A DNA stretch of 64,000 bases from Alphaproteobacteria bacterium (GTDB taxonomy: Bacteria > Pseudomonadota > Alphaproteobacteria > JBFXJJ01). Each line of letters opens with the position of its first letter. Position 1 is the first letter of the stretch. Both the position numbers and the translations under genes were made by a program. The notes under the pieces are model-generated. The model was given only the letters and a program-made list of their open reading frames with translations, had not been told where the DNA came from and did no database searches. This document shows positions 1 to 9,322 of the stretch, one piece after another. The DNA is taken from assembly GCA_050175015.1 (NCBI GenBank), contig JBFXJJ010000001.1, forward strand, positions 192,001-256,000, read 5' to 3'.

Positions 1-742
1 GGCCGCTGTTTTAAGTGATTATTATGATATGAATTTAAATGAAGTTGATATTAATCTGCTCCGCATATCTTTTAATTATGATTTAAAATTTGTTACAGCT
101 CTTGGTCTTTTAGAATTAATTCAAGACCAAACTCTAATTGTTGATAAACCATCTAACCTGCGCCACTGTGCAGGCAAACTCTTTTTAAATTATTTTCAAG
201 ATGTGATGGCTCCGACTTTGATTAGCTCTGATATAAATCAAATCTTAAGATTCAGAGAAGAGTACAAAGATATTATTGTTAAACCTTTATTTGGATATGG
301 CGGCGAAGGAATTTTTCATATCAAACCTTCAAGCGACAACCTTAACTCTCTCCTCGGAATGTTTGACAATCTTTATCACGAGCCAATTATGATTCAACGC
401 TATTTGCCAGATGTAAAAGGCGGCGATAAACGTGTATTATTGATTGATGGTGAACCTGTTGGCGCCATTTTAAGAACAGCTCCCAAAGACAACGTTAGAA
501 CTAATGTAAGCTCAGGCGGCTCTATGAAACTTTCTGAACTTACCAAAAGCGATTTAAGAATTTGCGAAGCCGTAAAACCTATTGTGAAAAAATTAGGTTT
601 AGTTTTAGTAGGTCTTGACGTAATTGGTGATTATCTTATTGAAATCAATGTGGGCAATGTCGGCGGTCTTATCGAATATGATATGCTTGGCGGCGGCAAT
701 TTGGCTTCAACTTTCTGGGACGCCGTTGAAAAGCGTCTTTAA
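1..742 (+). CDS. GshB-like ATP-grasp ligase, diverged paralog 1 (5'-truncated by window edge)
   Basis: Frame is open from base 2. Has KPLFGYGG, DKRV, RTNVSSGG and DVIGDYLIEINV of the glutathione synthetase fold, but the RxDPP and TSPT substrate motifs are replaced. Confidence 0.8.
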   Translation, partial: AAVLSDYYDMNLNEVDINLLRISFNYDLKFVTALGLLELIQDQTLIVDKPSNLRHCAGKLFLNYFQDVMAPTLISSDINQILRFREEYKDIIVKPLFGYGGEGIFHIKPSSDNLNSLLGMFDNLYHEPIMIQRYLPDVKGGDKRVLLIDGEPVGAILRTAPKDNVRTNVSSGGSMKLSELTKSDLRICEAVKPIVKKLGLVLVGLDVIGDYLIEINVGNVGGLIEYDMLGGGNLASTFWDAVEKRL

Positions 743-762
743 AAAAAGCAAGGACTGGTCTA

Positions 763-1722
763 ATGACATATAAAATTGGTTTACAAACCGATGCCTTAGA
801 AGGCTTGAACTCGGTTTCGAAAAGCTTAGGGTATGATGATGATTCTGCCTTAATTTTAGCTGCGGAAGCACAAAAACAAGGACACGAGCTGTTTTACTTC
901 ACCCCTGATAACATTAGTTATTGTTATGGTGAAGTCATTGCTTGGATAAGAAAAATAACTATTAAAGACATCAATAACAAAATTTTTGATTTTGGTGACT
1001 ATGAGCGGGTTTTTCTTAAAGATTTGGATATCATCTTAATGAGGCAAGAGCGCCCATATAATCTTAAATATTTAACCAACTGCCGTTTGCTTTCCAAAAT
1101 TGATACTAATACTCTGATTATCAATAATCCTTATCACGTGCAAACAACCAGCGACCATTGGTTTGTAACCGCCTTTCCAGAAATTACGCCTCCAACTGTA
1201 ATCTCCTGCGACCCGAAAGAAATCAAAGCCTTTAGAGCTGAACATAAAGACGTTATCTTAAAACCTTTATACAGCAGACACGGTGAAGGCAAATATCATC
1301 TTACGTCAGAAAGTGAAAATATTGACTCTTATATGGAAATGTTTGCAAAGCTTTATGATCAGATGATAATAGCTCAAAAATATATCGCTCATGATACTGA
1401 CCGCAAAATAATTGTCATTGATGGTAAGCCAGTTGGAGCTTATGACCAGCCAATTACCCATTATGGAGCTAAAGAAAAACCTGAGCATATAAGCTGCAAA
1501 CCTGTTAAAGCCGTATTATCAAAACGTAATTTAGAAATTTGTGAACATATTGCTCCAACTTTAAAAGATATGAATATTACTATCGCTTCTGTTGACATTA
1601 TCGGCGATTATATGATTGAAATTGACATTAATTCTCCAGTTGGACTGGGGCAGATTAATCAGTTAAACGGCATTAATTGTGCAGAACCTTTCTGGGAAGC
1701 CGTTTTCCAGAAATTAAAATAA
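763..1722 (+). CDS. GshB-like ATP-grasp protein, diverged paralog 2 (possible pseudoenzyme)
   Basis: Full-length GshB-like architecture (EAQKQGHEL, DIILMRQERPY, KPLY, DIIGDYMIEIDINSP), but the RxNxxxGG loop is missing. Confidence 0.75.
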   Translation: MTYKIGLQTDALEGLNSVSKSLGYDDDSALILAAEAQKQGHELFYFTPDNISYCYGEVIAWIRKITIKDINNKIFDFGDYERVFLKDLDIILMRQERPYNLKYLTNCRLLSKIDTNTLIINNPYHVQTTSDHWFVTAFPEITPPTVISCDPKEIKAFRAEHKDVILKPLYSRHGEGKYHLTSESENIDSYMEMFAKLYDQMIIAQKYIAHDTDRKIIVIDGKPVGAYDQPITHYGAKEKPEHISCKPVKAVLSKRNLEICEHIAPTLKDMNITIASVDIIGDYMIEIDINSPVGLGQINQLNGINCAEPFWEAVFQKLK

Positions 1723-1808
1723 TTTTTATTAAAAATAATTTTTATTAACTAAGTATAAACCGCTTATCACTCATAATCCTTGTTACATAGTATTAAAAAC
1801 AAGGATTT

Positions 1809-2108
1809 TTGAGTGTTATGCGTCAAGTTGTTGCTGTTATTATTTTATTGCTTTTAACTGCGTGCAGCAGCCCTGTTCAGGTTATGCCCGAACCTGCATT
1901 GCCCACCACCTTGCGCAATCCGTGGACACGCCAGATTATAAGATGCGATTACAACCCCTTAGATAAGAGTTGTGTTAGCAATTTACAGAACCAAGGTTTT
2001 GAAAAAATAGAACATACCACCTTTTTACCAGCCAAATATGACTTTCAAGTAGAAGGCAGTTACCCCGCTAGGCGCTGGCGGGAAAATGAAATTGTCCCTC
2101 GCTGGTAA
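1809..2108 (+). CDS. Small hypothetical lipoprotein
   Basis: Lipobox LLTAC after a hydrophobic stretch; AAGGA RBS at 1801. Confidence 0.7.
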   Translation: MSVMRQVVAVIILLLLTACSSPVQVMPEPALPTTLRNPWTRQIIRCDYNPLDKSCVSNLQNQGFEKIEHTTFLPAKYDFQVEGSYPARRWRENEIVPRW

Positions 2109-2184
2109 TAATAGATTGCAGCTGATTTATATTTAGAAAGCAAAACTCATAACGCCGCTTTGTTTTTGATAAATGATAAACAAA

Positions 2185-2340
2185 GATTTTAAGGATTGTT
2201 AAGGATTTTTTGAAAAAATCCTTAATATGCGAAGCAATGATATTACTTAATAGCAAAATCTCTGTAGACAACTTTGCTTTGCTAAAACAAAAGTAAAATT
2301 TTTCATAAACTACCCTGCTCCATCTAAATTTTGCTCTAAA
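2185..2340. repeat. Modular intergenic repeat cluster (palindrome A, partial module B, GCTCTAA end)
   Basis: TTAAGGATTTTTTGAAAAAATCCTTAA at 2199-2225; the same module recurs at 7 other intergenic loci. Confidence 0.85.
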
Positions 2341-2422
2341 CTAAGCAATATTCTAACTTGTATAAAAGTTTAAATAGTTATAGTTTTTTTATAATTATAA
2401 ATCTGATACTTAAGGATAACGA

Positions 2423-3955
2423 ATGGTTGCTAGAGTTCATACTATAGCTTTTTCAGGAATTGAAGTTTTAGATATTGATCTTCAAGTTCATATTGCTTCA
2501 GGACTGCCGTCTTTTACGATTGTCGGCCTGCCAGATAAAGCGGTTGGGGAAAGCCGTGAACGAGTGCGGTCAGCTTTGTCAGCAATGGGACTTGCTCTGC
2601 CTCCTAAACGTATCACAATCAATCTTGCCCCAGCCGATGTCTTAAAAGAGGGAAGTCATTTTGACTTACCTGTTGCTGTAGGGCTTTTAATCGCTATGGA
2701 GATACTTCCTCAGGAGGAGATGTCTTGTTATACCATTTTAGGTGAACTTGCGCTTGACGGACGAATTTCTGGCGTTTCTGGAGTTCTACCTGCCGCTATT
2801 TCAGCAAACAGTTATGACCGTGGCTTAATTTGCCCCGAAGAACAAGGTTCTGAAGCTGCCCTATCGGGACTTGATGATATTCTTGCTCCATCATCTTTAA
2901 TATCTTTAATTAACCATTTTAAAGGCACTCAGGTTTTATCAAAACCACAACCGTTAAAAACTAGTAATCTTAAAAGTTCTTTAGATTTAGCCGATGTTAA
3001 GGGACAAGAAACCGCAAGGCGGGCGTTAGAAATAACGGCTGCGGGCGGACATAATCTTCTAATGATTGGGCCTCCAGGTTCGGGCAAATCTATGCTGGCA
3101 ACCAGACTTCCAACTATTCTGCCCAAACTAACTCCCAAAGAGGCTTTAGAAGTAAGCGTTATCCACTCAGTTGCAGGACTGCTTAAAGATGGAAAAATAT
3201 CTCAAAACCGCCCATTTAGAGCCCCACACCATACCGCATCTACTCCTGCTCTGGTCGGAGGAGGTGTTAAGGCTCGTCCAGGTGAAATTTCTTTGGCACA
3301 CAATGGCGTTTTGTTCCTTGATGAACTGCCTGAATTTAGCAGATCTTCTTTAGAAGCCTTAAGACAGCCATTAGAATCAAAACTTGTTACGGTATCTAGA
3401 GTTAATGCCAATGTTACTTATCCCGCTAGATTTCAGCTTATTGCTGCAATGAACCCTTGCAAATGCGGACAACTTGGCAACCCAGCTTTGGAATGCTCCC
3501 GAGCGCCTAAATGTGCCGCAGAATACCAAAACAAAATTTCAGGACCTCTGCTTGATAGAATTGATATTAACATTGAGGTCAAAGCCGTCAATCCTTTAAG
3601 CATAAGCAGCTCGTATCAAGGAGAAAGTTCAAGCGTTGTCGCAGAAAGAGTCAACAAAGCTCGTGAAATTCAAAAAAATCGTCTGGCAAAAATGATGGTG
3701 GAAAACGTTTCATACAACGCCGAACTCAGCGGCACTATAATTGAAGAAATAGCCCCCCTTGATGCTAAAGGGAAAAAGCTTTTATTAGATGCCATGGAAA
3801 AACTTTATCTCTCTGCACGAAGTTATCACAAGATATTAAAGGTTGCTAGAACGATAGCTGATTTGGAAAATGAAAAGCATGTTTTCCCGTCTCATATAGC
3901 TGAAGCTATATCCTATAGACACCGGCTTGCCGGCCGAGAAAACTTATGTGGTTAA
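2423..3955 (+). CDS. comM: YifB/ComM family Mg-chelatase-like AAA+ ATPase
   Basis: IVGLPDKAVGESRERV, GPPGSGKS, RAPHH, LFLDELPEF, AMNPCKCG. Confidence 0.93.
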   Translation: MVARVHTIAFSGIEVLDIDLQVHIASGLPSFTIVGLPDKAVGESRERVRSALSAMGLALPPKRITINLAPADVLKEGSHFDLPVAVGLLIAMEILPQEEMSCYTILGELALDGRISGVSGVLPAAISANSYDRGLICPEEQGSEAALSGLDDILAPSSLISLINHFKGTQVLSKPQPLKTSNLKSSLDLADVKGQETARRALEITAAGGHNLLMIGPPGSGKSMLATRLPTILPKLTPKEALEVSVIHSVAGLLKDGKISQNRPFRAPHHTASTPALVGGGVKARPGEISLAHNGVLFLDELPEFSRSSLEALRQPLESKLVTVSRVNANVTYPARFQLIAAMNPCKCGQLGNPALECSRAPKCAAEYQNKISGPLLDRIDINIEVKAVNPLSISSSYQGESSSVVAERVNKAREIQKNRLAKMMVENVSYNAELSGTIIEEIAPLDAKGKKLLLDAMEKLYLSARSYHKILKVARTIADLENEKHVFPSHIAEAISYRHRLAGRENLCG

Positions 3956-4409
3956 TAAAAGGTTACCTTTTATTACTATAATAAAAACCTTTAAAACCAG
4001 TGATATAGTGTTAATTAATTTTTTAAAAATTATATTATTTTACAAAAATCATTACGAAAACATAAGGAATATTAGCTCTAAAACTTAAGTTTTACTTTTT
4101 AGATGTGTTTTAATTTATAAAATTAATTTTATCCCTTATTAGGTTTAAACTTTTGCCCAAACAGAGCGTTTTAGACCCCTTCATTTTCTTAGAACTTTTT
4201 TTAACCTTTTGTAAATTTTTGATTTTCGTAATAATCAATTTGATACTTTTTTTAGTTTTTTTAGGGTTTTTATTTAAAAGTTATTTTTCTAATCTTTTTA
4301 TCTAATTTTGAACTTGAATTTTGATAAAAATTAAAATTAGTTAAAATTTTAATTAATTTTATTTCATATTCATATCATATTTGTTATTTTCAACTTCATT
4401 TGTAGTTAA

Positions 4410-4436
4410 GGCGGCTTGCTTTTAGCAAAACCGCCC
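4410..4436. terminator. GC-rich hairpin between convergent comM and HIT gene; possible terminator
   Basis: GGCGG-CTTGC-TTTTA-GCAA-AA-CCGCC imperfect inverted repeat; its core resembles repeat module B. Confidence 0.45.
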
Positions 4437-4493
4437 TGGTTTTTATGCAAAACTAAACCTGTATTTGCATTCTAACTCATTGATTTATAATAA

Positions 4494-4856
4494 TTATTTA
4501 CGAGGAACCATAGCTCCCATTTTATGACCGCCAAGAATATGAAAATGTAAATGTTTGACCTCTTGACCACCATCGCTGCCAATATTAGTTACAACACGGT
4601 ATCCCTTTTCAGCAATCTCAGCTTCCTTTGCAACTTTAACTATTGCCTTATTTAAAGCAGCGATCTCTTCATCTGATGCTTTTTCAGCAAAGTCATTTTG
4701 AGAAATATATTTTCCTTTAGGAATAACCAAAATATGAACTGGAGCCAGAGGATTAACATCATAAAAAGCAAGCGTATACTCGTCTTCATAAACTTTTTTG
4801 CAAGGAATTTCTCCTCTAATTATTTTGGCAAAAATATTATTATCATCATAAATCAT
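4494..4856 (-). CDS. hinT: Histidine triad nucleotide-binding protein
   Basis: NIFAKIIRGEIP, GGQEVKHLHFHILGG (HxHxH). Confidence 0.93.
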   Translation of the reverse strand: MIYDDNNIFAKIIRGEIPCKKVYEDEYTLAFYDVNPLAPVHILVIPKGKYISQNDFAEKASDEEIAALNKAIVKVAKEAEIAEKGYRVVTNIGSDGGQEVKHLHFHILGGHKMGAMVPRK

Positions 4857-4959
4857 TTGTAAAATATCCTTATTTTCTATCTCTTCAAAATTATTTTATT
4901 TAACATTTTTATTATATATATTATTGTTACCATAAGGATTTTATGGAGCAAATAAAAGA

Positions 4960-6612
4960 TTGAAAACCGTATACAAAAAACTTTCTTTCCTAAAATTATC
5001 AACTGTGATTTTGGTCATTGGTATGATGATTATATCGGCTTGCTCCTTTAATAATAAAGATAAAAAACCGCTGACAAGAGCCGATTATGCTCCTATTAAA
5101 CTTGCCTATGTTGATTTCAAAATTCCTAAAAGGAATATAAATTTCTGGAGCAATAAAGTCGGCAATTATAATTTTGAGCTTTTTGGCTGCACTAGACGTG
5201 ATGGCAAAGACATTGTTTTGGACACTGGCCGAGTTATGCAGCGCCAGATGAGCTTTTTTAATAACTTTTTTGAAGGCTTAAACAATTATTACAGTGTGAT
5301 TGTCGACCCTAAAAATCCTTATTTTATTTATTCTGACACTTACAATGAGCCTGAATATTTAGTTATCGCCGAAATTACTGACCTCTTTTTAAATGTCTGC
5401 GATCATTATGACTGGCGGATAAGAGATTATAAAAATCTACGCAGCGGCAGCAGCGAAATAGAAGTTACTTGGAAAATTACCGATTTAACTAGACGTCATA
5501 TTTTTTGGCAGGCTTCATCTAAAGGATATGCTGAAATAGATGACCCTATTGTCAACGGTGAAACTAGACTAGTAGAAAAAGCCTTTGCGGCTTCCTTAGA
5601 ACGGGCACGCCATCTCGCAGGTTTTGCGGAAACACTCGCTCACAGACGTTCAAAAAACGAACTTAATGCAGAAAAAACTATGCTGGCGGATTTAGAATAT
5701 CCTTACTTTAAACATTATGGCAGCTCTCAAACCTTATCTCAAGATGATTTAGCTCTTAAAGAAACTGGTACAGAGCAAGAAAAACAGGCTGAACAAGACG
5801 GCGATAAATCAATAAAAACAGCTGAAATCGGCAAAGTAACAGAAAACGATGCAAACGCTCTTGGCGGAACTATTATTGGTCAACTGCCTAAAAAACTCTT
5901 ATCTCAATTAAATGTTACCAATAAAAATGACTGGCTTAATATAACCCCTGATGATTTGGCAAAACAGGGTTATAAAGCTGATGATGGCTGGATTGGAGTG
6001 GTCGATAACTCTGGTATTATCACCATAAAAAAACAGCCCGCATTCTCCGAGATGAACCCCTATATACTGTACCGTATAAGGACAGGAATTGTATCGGTTG
6101 AAAATAAAGAAAAAAAATTAGCCTCGGGTCTGCTTATCTCTCCAGAAATTATTTTAACTTCTGATAATGTTGCTTTAAGCAGTCCAGAATTAAACATAAC
6201 CACCATAAACAACTTTACTTACACTGCAAACCCGATAAGGCGCAATCCATTAAGAGGTGTCGCTCTGCTTAAGCAAAAAGCAACGGAATACTATCCTTTG
6301 CCTTTAAGGCTTACTTTACCTGAAGTCGGCGAAGAGGTTTTCTTTGCTCTAGGAGCTCCAACTTATGAAACAGGCGAAGGTTTTCTTGATGATAAAGGTA
6401 TTGTAACAGGGTACCGTTACTTAGAAGATGGCACTCTTATAATGACTAATACTTATGTTCAAGAAAAGACCTTAGGCGGCGCTTTAATTGATAAGTTCGG
6501 CAATATTTTAGGTATGGCAAAAGGCGGCTTGAAAGATCCTTTGGAAGATAAAGATTACTTCATACCTGTTTCTGACGCTCTAGAAAAACTTGGCGTTGTT
6601 ATTAAGGAATAA
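4960..6612 (+). CDS. Lipoprotein with C-terminal trypsin-like domain lacking the catalytic triad
   Basis: Lipobox IISAC. C-terminal SGLLIS..ILTSDNV, GVALLK, ALGAP, GIVTG and TLGGALIDKFGNILGM match the S1C fold pattern. Confidence 0.7.
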   Translation: MKTVYKKLSFLKLSTVILVIGMMIISACSFNNKDKKPLTRADYAPIKLAYVDFKIPKRNINFWSNKVGNYNFELFGCTRRDGKDIVLDTGRVMQRQMSFFNNFFEGLNNYYSVIVDPKNPYFIYSDTYNEPEYLVIAEITDLFLNVCDHYDWRIRDYKNLRSGSSEIEVTWKITDLTRRHIFWQASSKGYAEIDDPIVNGETRLVEKAFAASLERARHLAGFAETLAHRRSKNELNAEKTMLADLEYPYFKHYGSSQTLSQDDLALKETGTEQEKQAEQDGDKSIKTAEIGKVTENDANALGGTIIGQLPKKLLSQLNVTNKNDWLNITPDDLAKQGYKADDGWIGVVDNSGIITIKKQPAFSEMNPYILYRIRTGIVSVENKEKKLASGLLISPEIILTSDNVALSSPELNITTINNFTYTANPIRRNPLRGVALLKQKATEYYPLPLRLTLPEVGEEVFFALGAPTYETGEGFLDDKGIVTGYRYLEDGTLIMTNTYVQEKTLGGALIDKFGNILGMAKGGLKDPLEDKDYFIPVSDALEKLGVVIKE

Positions 6613-6628
6613 CCAAAATAATTTAATA

Positions 6629-6644
6629 TGTGATAATTATCACA
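6629..6644. promoter_or_regulatory. Perfect palindrome TGTGATAATTATCACA (CRP/FNR-type TGTGA-N6-TCACA)
   Basis: 16-bp perfect inverted repeat about 66 bp upstream of the XRE regulator start. Confidence 0.55.
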
Positions 6645-6710
6645 GAACTATTGTTTGTTTTACGTAATACTGATTATTAATTGGCAATTTGAAAATCAGG
6701 AAAATCTAAA

Positions 6711-7160
6711 GTGGAACAAATAAATAGAATAAGCAATAGCTTTGCTGACAACTCACCTGATCCCATAGATATTTATGTTGGAAAAAGGCTGCGCCTTAGA
6801 AGAAATATTTTAGGTTTGAGCCAAGAACAGCTAGCTAAAAATATTGGAATTTCATTCCAGCAGATTCAAAAATATGAACACGGCACCAACCGCATAAGTG
6901 CTAGCAGATTATATGATATAAGCCGTGTTTTAAAGGTTCCTATTTCTTTTTTCTTTGATGACATTAAAAATGATGCCGAGTTATCAAATCAAAAAGACTG
7001 CGCTTTAACCCTTATCAACAGCAACAGTCTAAATCCTCTAGATCCAATGGATAAAAGTGAGACTTTGGAACTTGTTAATTATTATTGGAAAATATCTAAT
7101 ACCGCTTCCCGCACTAAAATCTTAGAACTTGTCAAAGCTCTAAGTTGCACAACAGGTTAA
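6711..7160 (+). CDS. XRE-family HTH transcriptional regulator
   Basis: DIYVGKRLRLRR..GLSQEQLA..GISFQQIQKYEHGTNRISASRL, a typical alphaproteobacterial XRE family pattern. Confidence 0.9.
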   Translation: MEQINRISNSFADNSPDPIDIYVGKRLRLRRNILGLSQEQLAKNIGISFQQIQKYEHGTNRISASRLYDISRVLKVPISFFFDDIKNDAELSNQKDCALTLINSNSLNPLDPMDKSETLELVNYYWKISNTASRTKILELVKALSCTTG

Positions 7161-7203
7161 TCTTTTCCCCCTCCTTTTGTGATGTATCCTCGTGCGGAAC
7201 TCT

Positions 7204-7249
7204 AAGAGCCTCTTTTTCCCCTAACCCTTATTTAAAGAGGCTCTTTTTA
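7204..7249 (+). terminator. Intrinsic terminator with C-rich loop
   Basis: 12-bp stem AAGAGCCTCTTT / AAAGAGGCTCTT followed by Ts, between convergent genes. Confidence 0.7.
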
Positions 7250-7349
7250 TTACTCTCATAATCTTTGTAATAAAGCATTACCTTCTAAAAAAACAAAAAA
7301 GATGTTTTTTCCAGTAATTTTGCCTTTAACCTGCTGTATTATGTAGGAA

Positions 7350-8288
7350 TTAATTTAAATTATGATAATACCTGCCGCAAAAAATAGCTTTACGTTCATC
7401 GTGATGCAAAAACTCATTGTAATCAAAATCTTCATCAATCGCTCCAAGCTCTGCAAAAATTTCTTTATACGCTTCTTTTAAAACGCCGTTTATAATTTTA
7501 TCTGCGATGTCTTTTTTTATTCTTTCAGAAAACGAAGAAACATTTTTTTCGACATCATTCTGATTAGACATAGTTAAAACATCGTAGTAGAAATTATTGC
7601 TGTATAAGGCATTTCTAATTTTTTCTTCGATGAATGGCAAATAGTCTAAAATAACTTGCAGCTGGTTAGCTGCGTGGATTAATTCGTGTCTTAAGGTAAA
7701 ATAATAATCACAAGTTTGACTCTTTATATCTTGAGATAGATAGACCGTGCGGTTGATAACGTTTACTTGATATTCAATATGTGAAATATACTGGCAAAAA
7801 TCAAAACTATTGGGAGAAAGTCTTAAATATTCGGTAGAGATTTCAGGTTCAAGCTCAAAGCTAACATCAGTTTTGAATAAACCCATTGTATGCAAATCTT
7901 TAGGTTTAGCATCATATAGTTTGGTTGCGCCTCTTTTTCTTATGCCAGAAAGAACATCTAAATCGTCAGTAAAGGTATTTTCTCTAATTTTAATGGCTGG
8001 AAAATTAATATTTCCCTCAATGGCAAACTTTCGCGGCGATTTGTTTTTACAAGATTTAAATGTTGTCTTGAGTTTTTTATATTTAAAAAAGTTTTCATCA
8101 CTATCTTTGTTATCAGAATAATCATTATCACTAGCTTCTACCAAACAAGCTTCCATTAAATCAACGACATCAGCTAGTTCTACACTTAGATAATCACCTC
8201 TGAAAATATCCACCAATTCATCACAGGTCGAAGCTTTTGCGCTGCTTGTAATTAAAAAAAATAATAAAATTAATGTAATCTTTTTCAT
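7350..8288 (-). CDS. Secreted Cys-rich HExxH protein, putative Zn-peptidase (paralog B)
   Basis: N-terminal signal peptide (AKA); CDYYFTLRHELIHA. Confidence 0.65.
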   Translation of the reverse strand: MKKITLILLFFLITSSAKASTCDELVDIFRGDYLSVELADVVDLMEACLVEASDNDYSDNKDSDENFFKYKKLKTTFKSCKNKSPRKFAIEGNINFPAIKIRENTFTDDLDVLSGIRKRGATKLYDAKPKDLHTMGLFKTDVSFELEPEISTEYLRLSPNSFDFCQYISHIEYQVNVINRTVYLSQDIKSQTCDYYFTLRHELIHAANQLQVILDYLPFIEEKIRNALYSNNFYYDVLTMSNQNDVEKNVSSFSERIKKDIADKIINGVLKEAYKEIFAELGAIDEDFDYNEFLHHDERKAIFCGRYYHNLN

Positions 8289-8311
8289 AACATCCGTTTT
8301 ACTTTTGAACT

Positions 8312-9199
8312 TTAGTTAGAGCAAAAAGAACTCATTCTTTCCTCTCGTTTTGTAGATTCATCATAATCAAACATATTGTTTTGGGTTTGCAGTTCTTCCG
8401 AAATTTTATTTTGAAGTGGCAATAAAATCTCTTGATTAATTTTATATGATATTAAATCATTAAATTTAGTATCTGGTTTTTGCCCTGCCCTTAATTCTTG
8501 ATAATAAAAATTCTCTTTATCAAACGCATTCTTTATTTGGGATTCAATAATAGGTATATACTTTGCAAGTGTTTTTCTACTTATTGAAGCGTGAATTAAT
8601 TCGTGTCTTAACGTAAAGTAATATTCACAGCTTTGTTTTGGGGTATCTTTAGAAACATAAACTAAAAGATCATCATAGCCAGCCTCATAATGGACATTAG
8701 AAATATACTGACAGAATTGCGCTCTGCCAATAGATGACGGGGTAGAAATACTAACTATTTCAGGCTCAATTTTAATACCCAAGTTGCCATACATTAAACC
8801 TTGAGTATGAAATTTTTGAAATTCGGTATCAAAATCTTGGCCAGAATCCTTCATAAACTGTGTTAAATCCTTGGTTGAGGTCTTTTCTCTTATTTTTACT
8901 GTGCCCGCTTTAATTTTGGATATGATATTAAAGGGCTGTGGTCCCGATGGCTTACAGGCAACAGTATTGCTTATTGGCTTGCTTCCATAATCATTATCCG
9001 CCGCTGGAACCGTATCAATATAATTATCATCACGAGATTCAATTAGACATTTATCCATAAAAAGCTTTACTTGACCAATTTTTACGCCCTCACGATTGGC
9101 ACCAAAGACTTGAATAAGCCTGTCGCAAGCGTTAGGAGCAGCCAATACTGGTTTAATGATTAAAAATAGGCTTATTAAAATTGATAAATATATTTTCAT
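8312..9199 (-). CDS. Secreted Cys-rich HExxH protein, putative Zn-peptidase (paralog A)
   Basis: Signal peptide (VLA); CEYYFTLRHELIHA; collinear with its neighbour. Confidence 0.65.
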   Translation of the reverse strand: MKIYLSILISLFLIIKPVLAAPNACDRLIQVFGANREGVKIGQVKLFMDKCLIESRDDNYIDTVPAADNDYGSKPISNTVACKPSGPQPFNIISKIKAGTVKIREKTSTKDLTQFMKDSGQDFDTEFQKFHTQGLMYGNLGIKIEPEIVSISTPSSIGRAQFCQYISNVHYEAGYDDLLVYVSKDTPKQSCEYYFTLRHELIHASISRKTLAKYIPIIESQIKNAFDKENFYYQELRAGQKPDTKFNDLISYKINQEILLPLQNKISEELQTQNNMFDYDESTKREERMSSFCSN

Positions 9200-9322
9200 A
9201 ACTATAAATTATATCATTGTTTTAAAATATTATAATATTTTTTTATCTTAGGCGGTTGGCAAATTATTTTCCTGTCACTATATAAGAACTAATTTAGATT
9301 AAAAAAATTTTAAGGACACCAA

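Noticed and set aside
2068-2271. 67-aa minus-strand ORF
   Set aside because: Reads through repeat module A and overlaps the lipoprotein 3' end; no coding signature.
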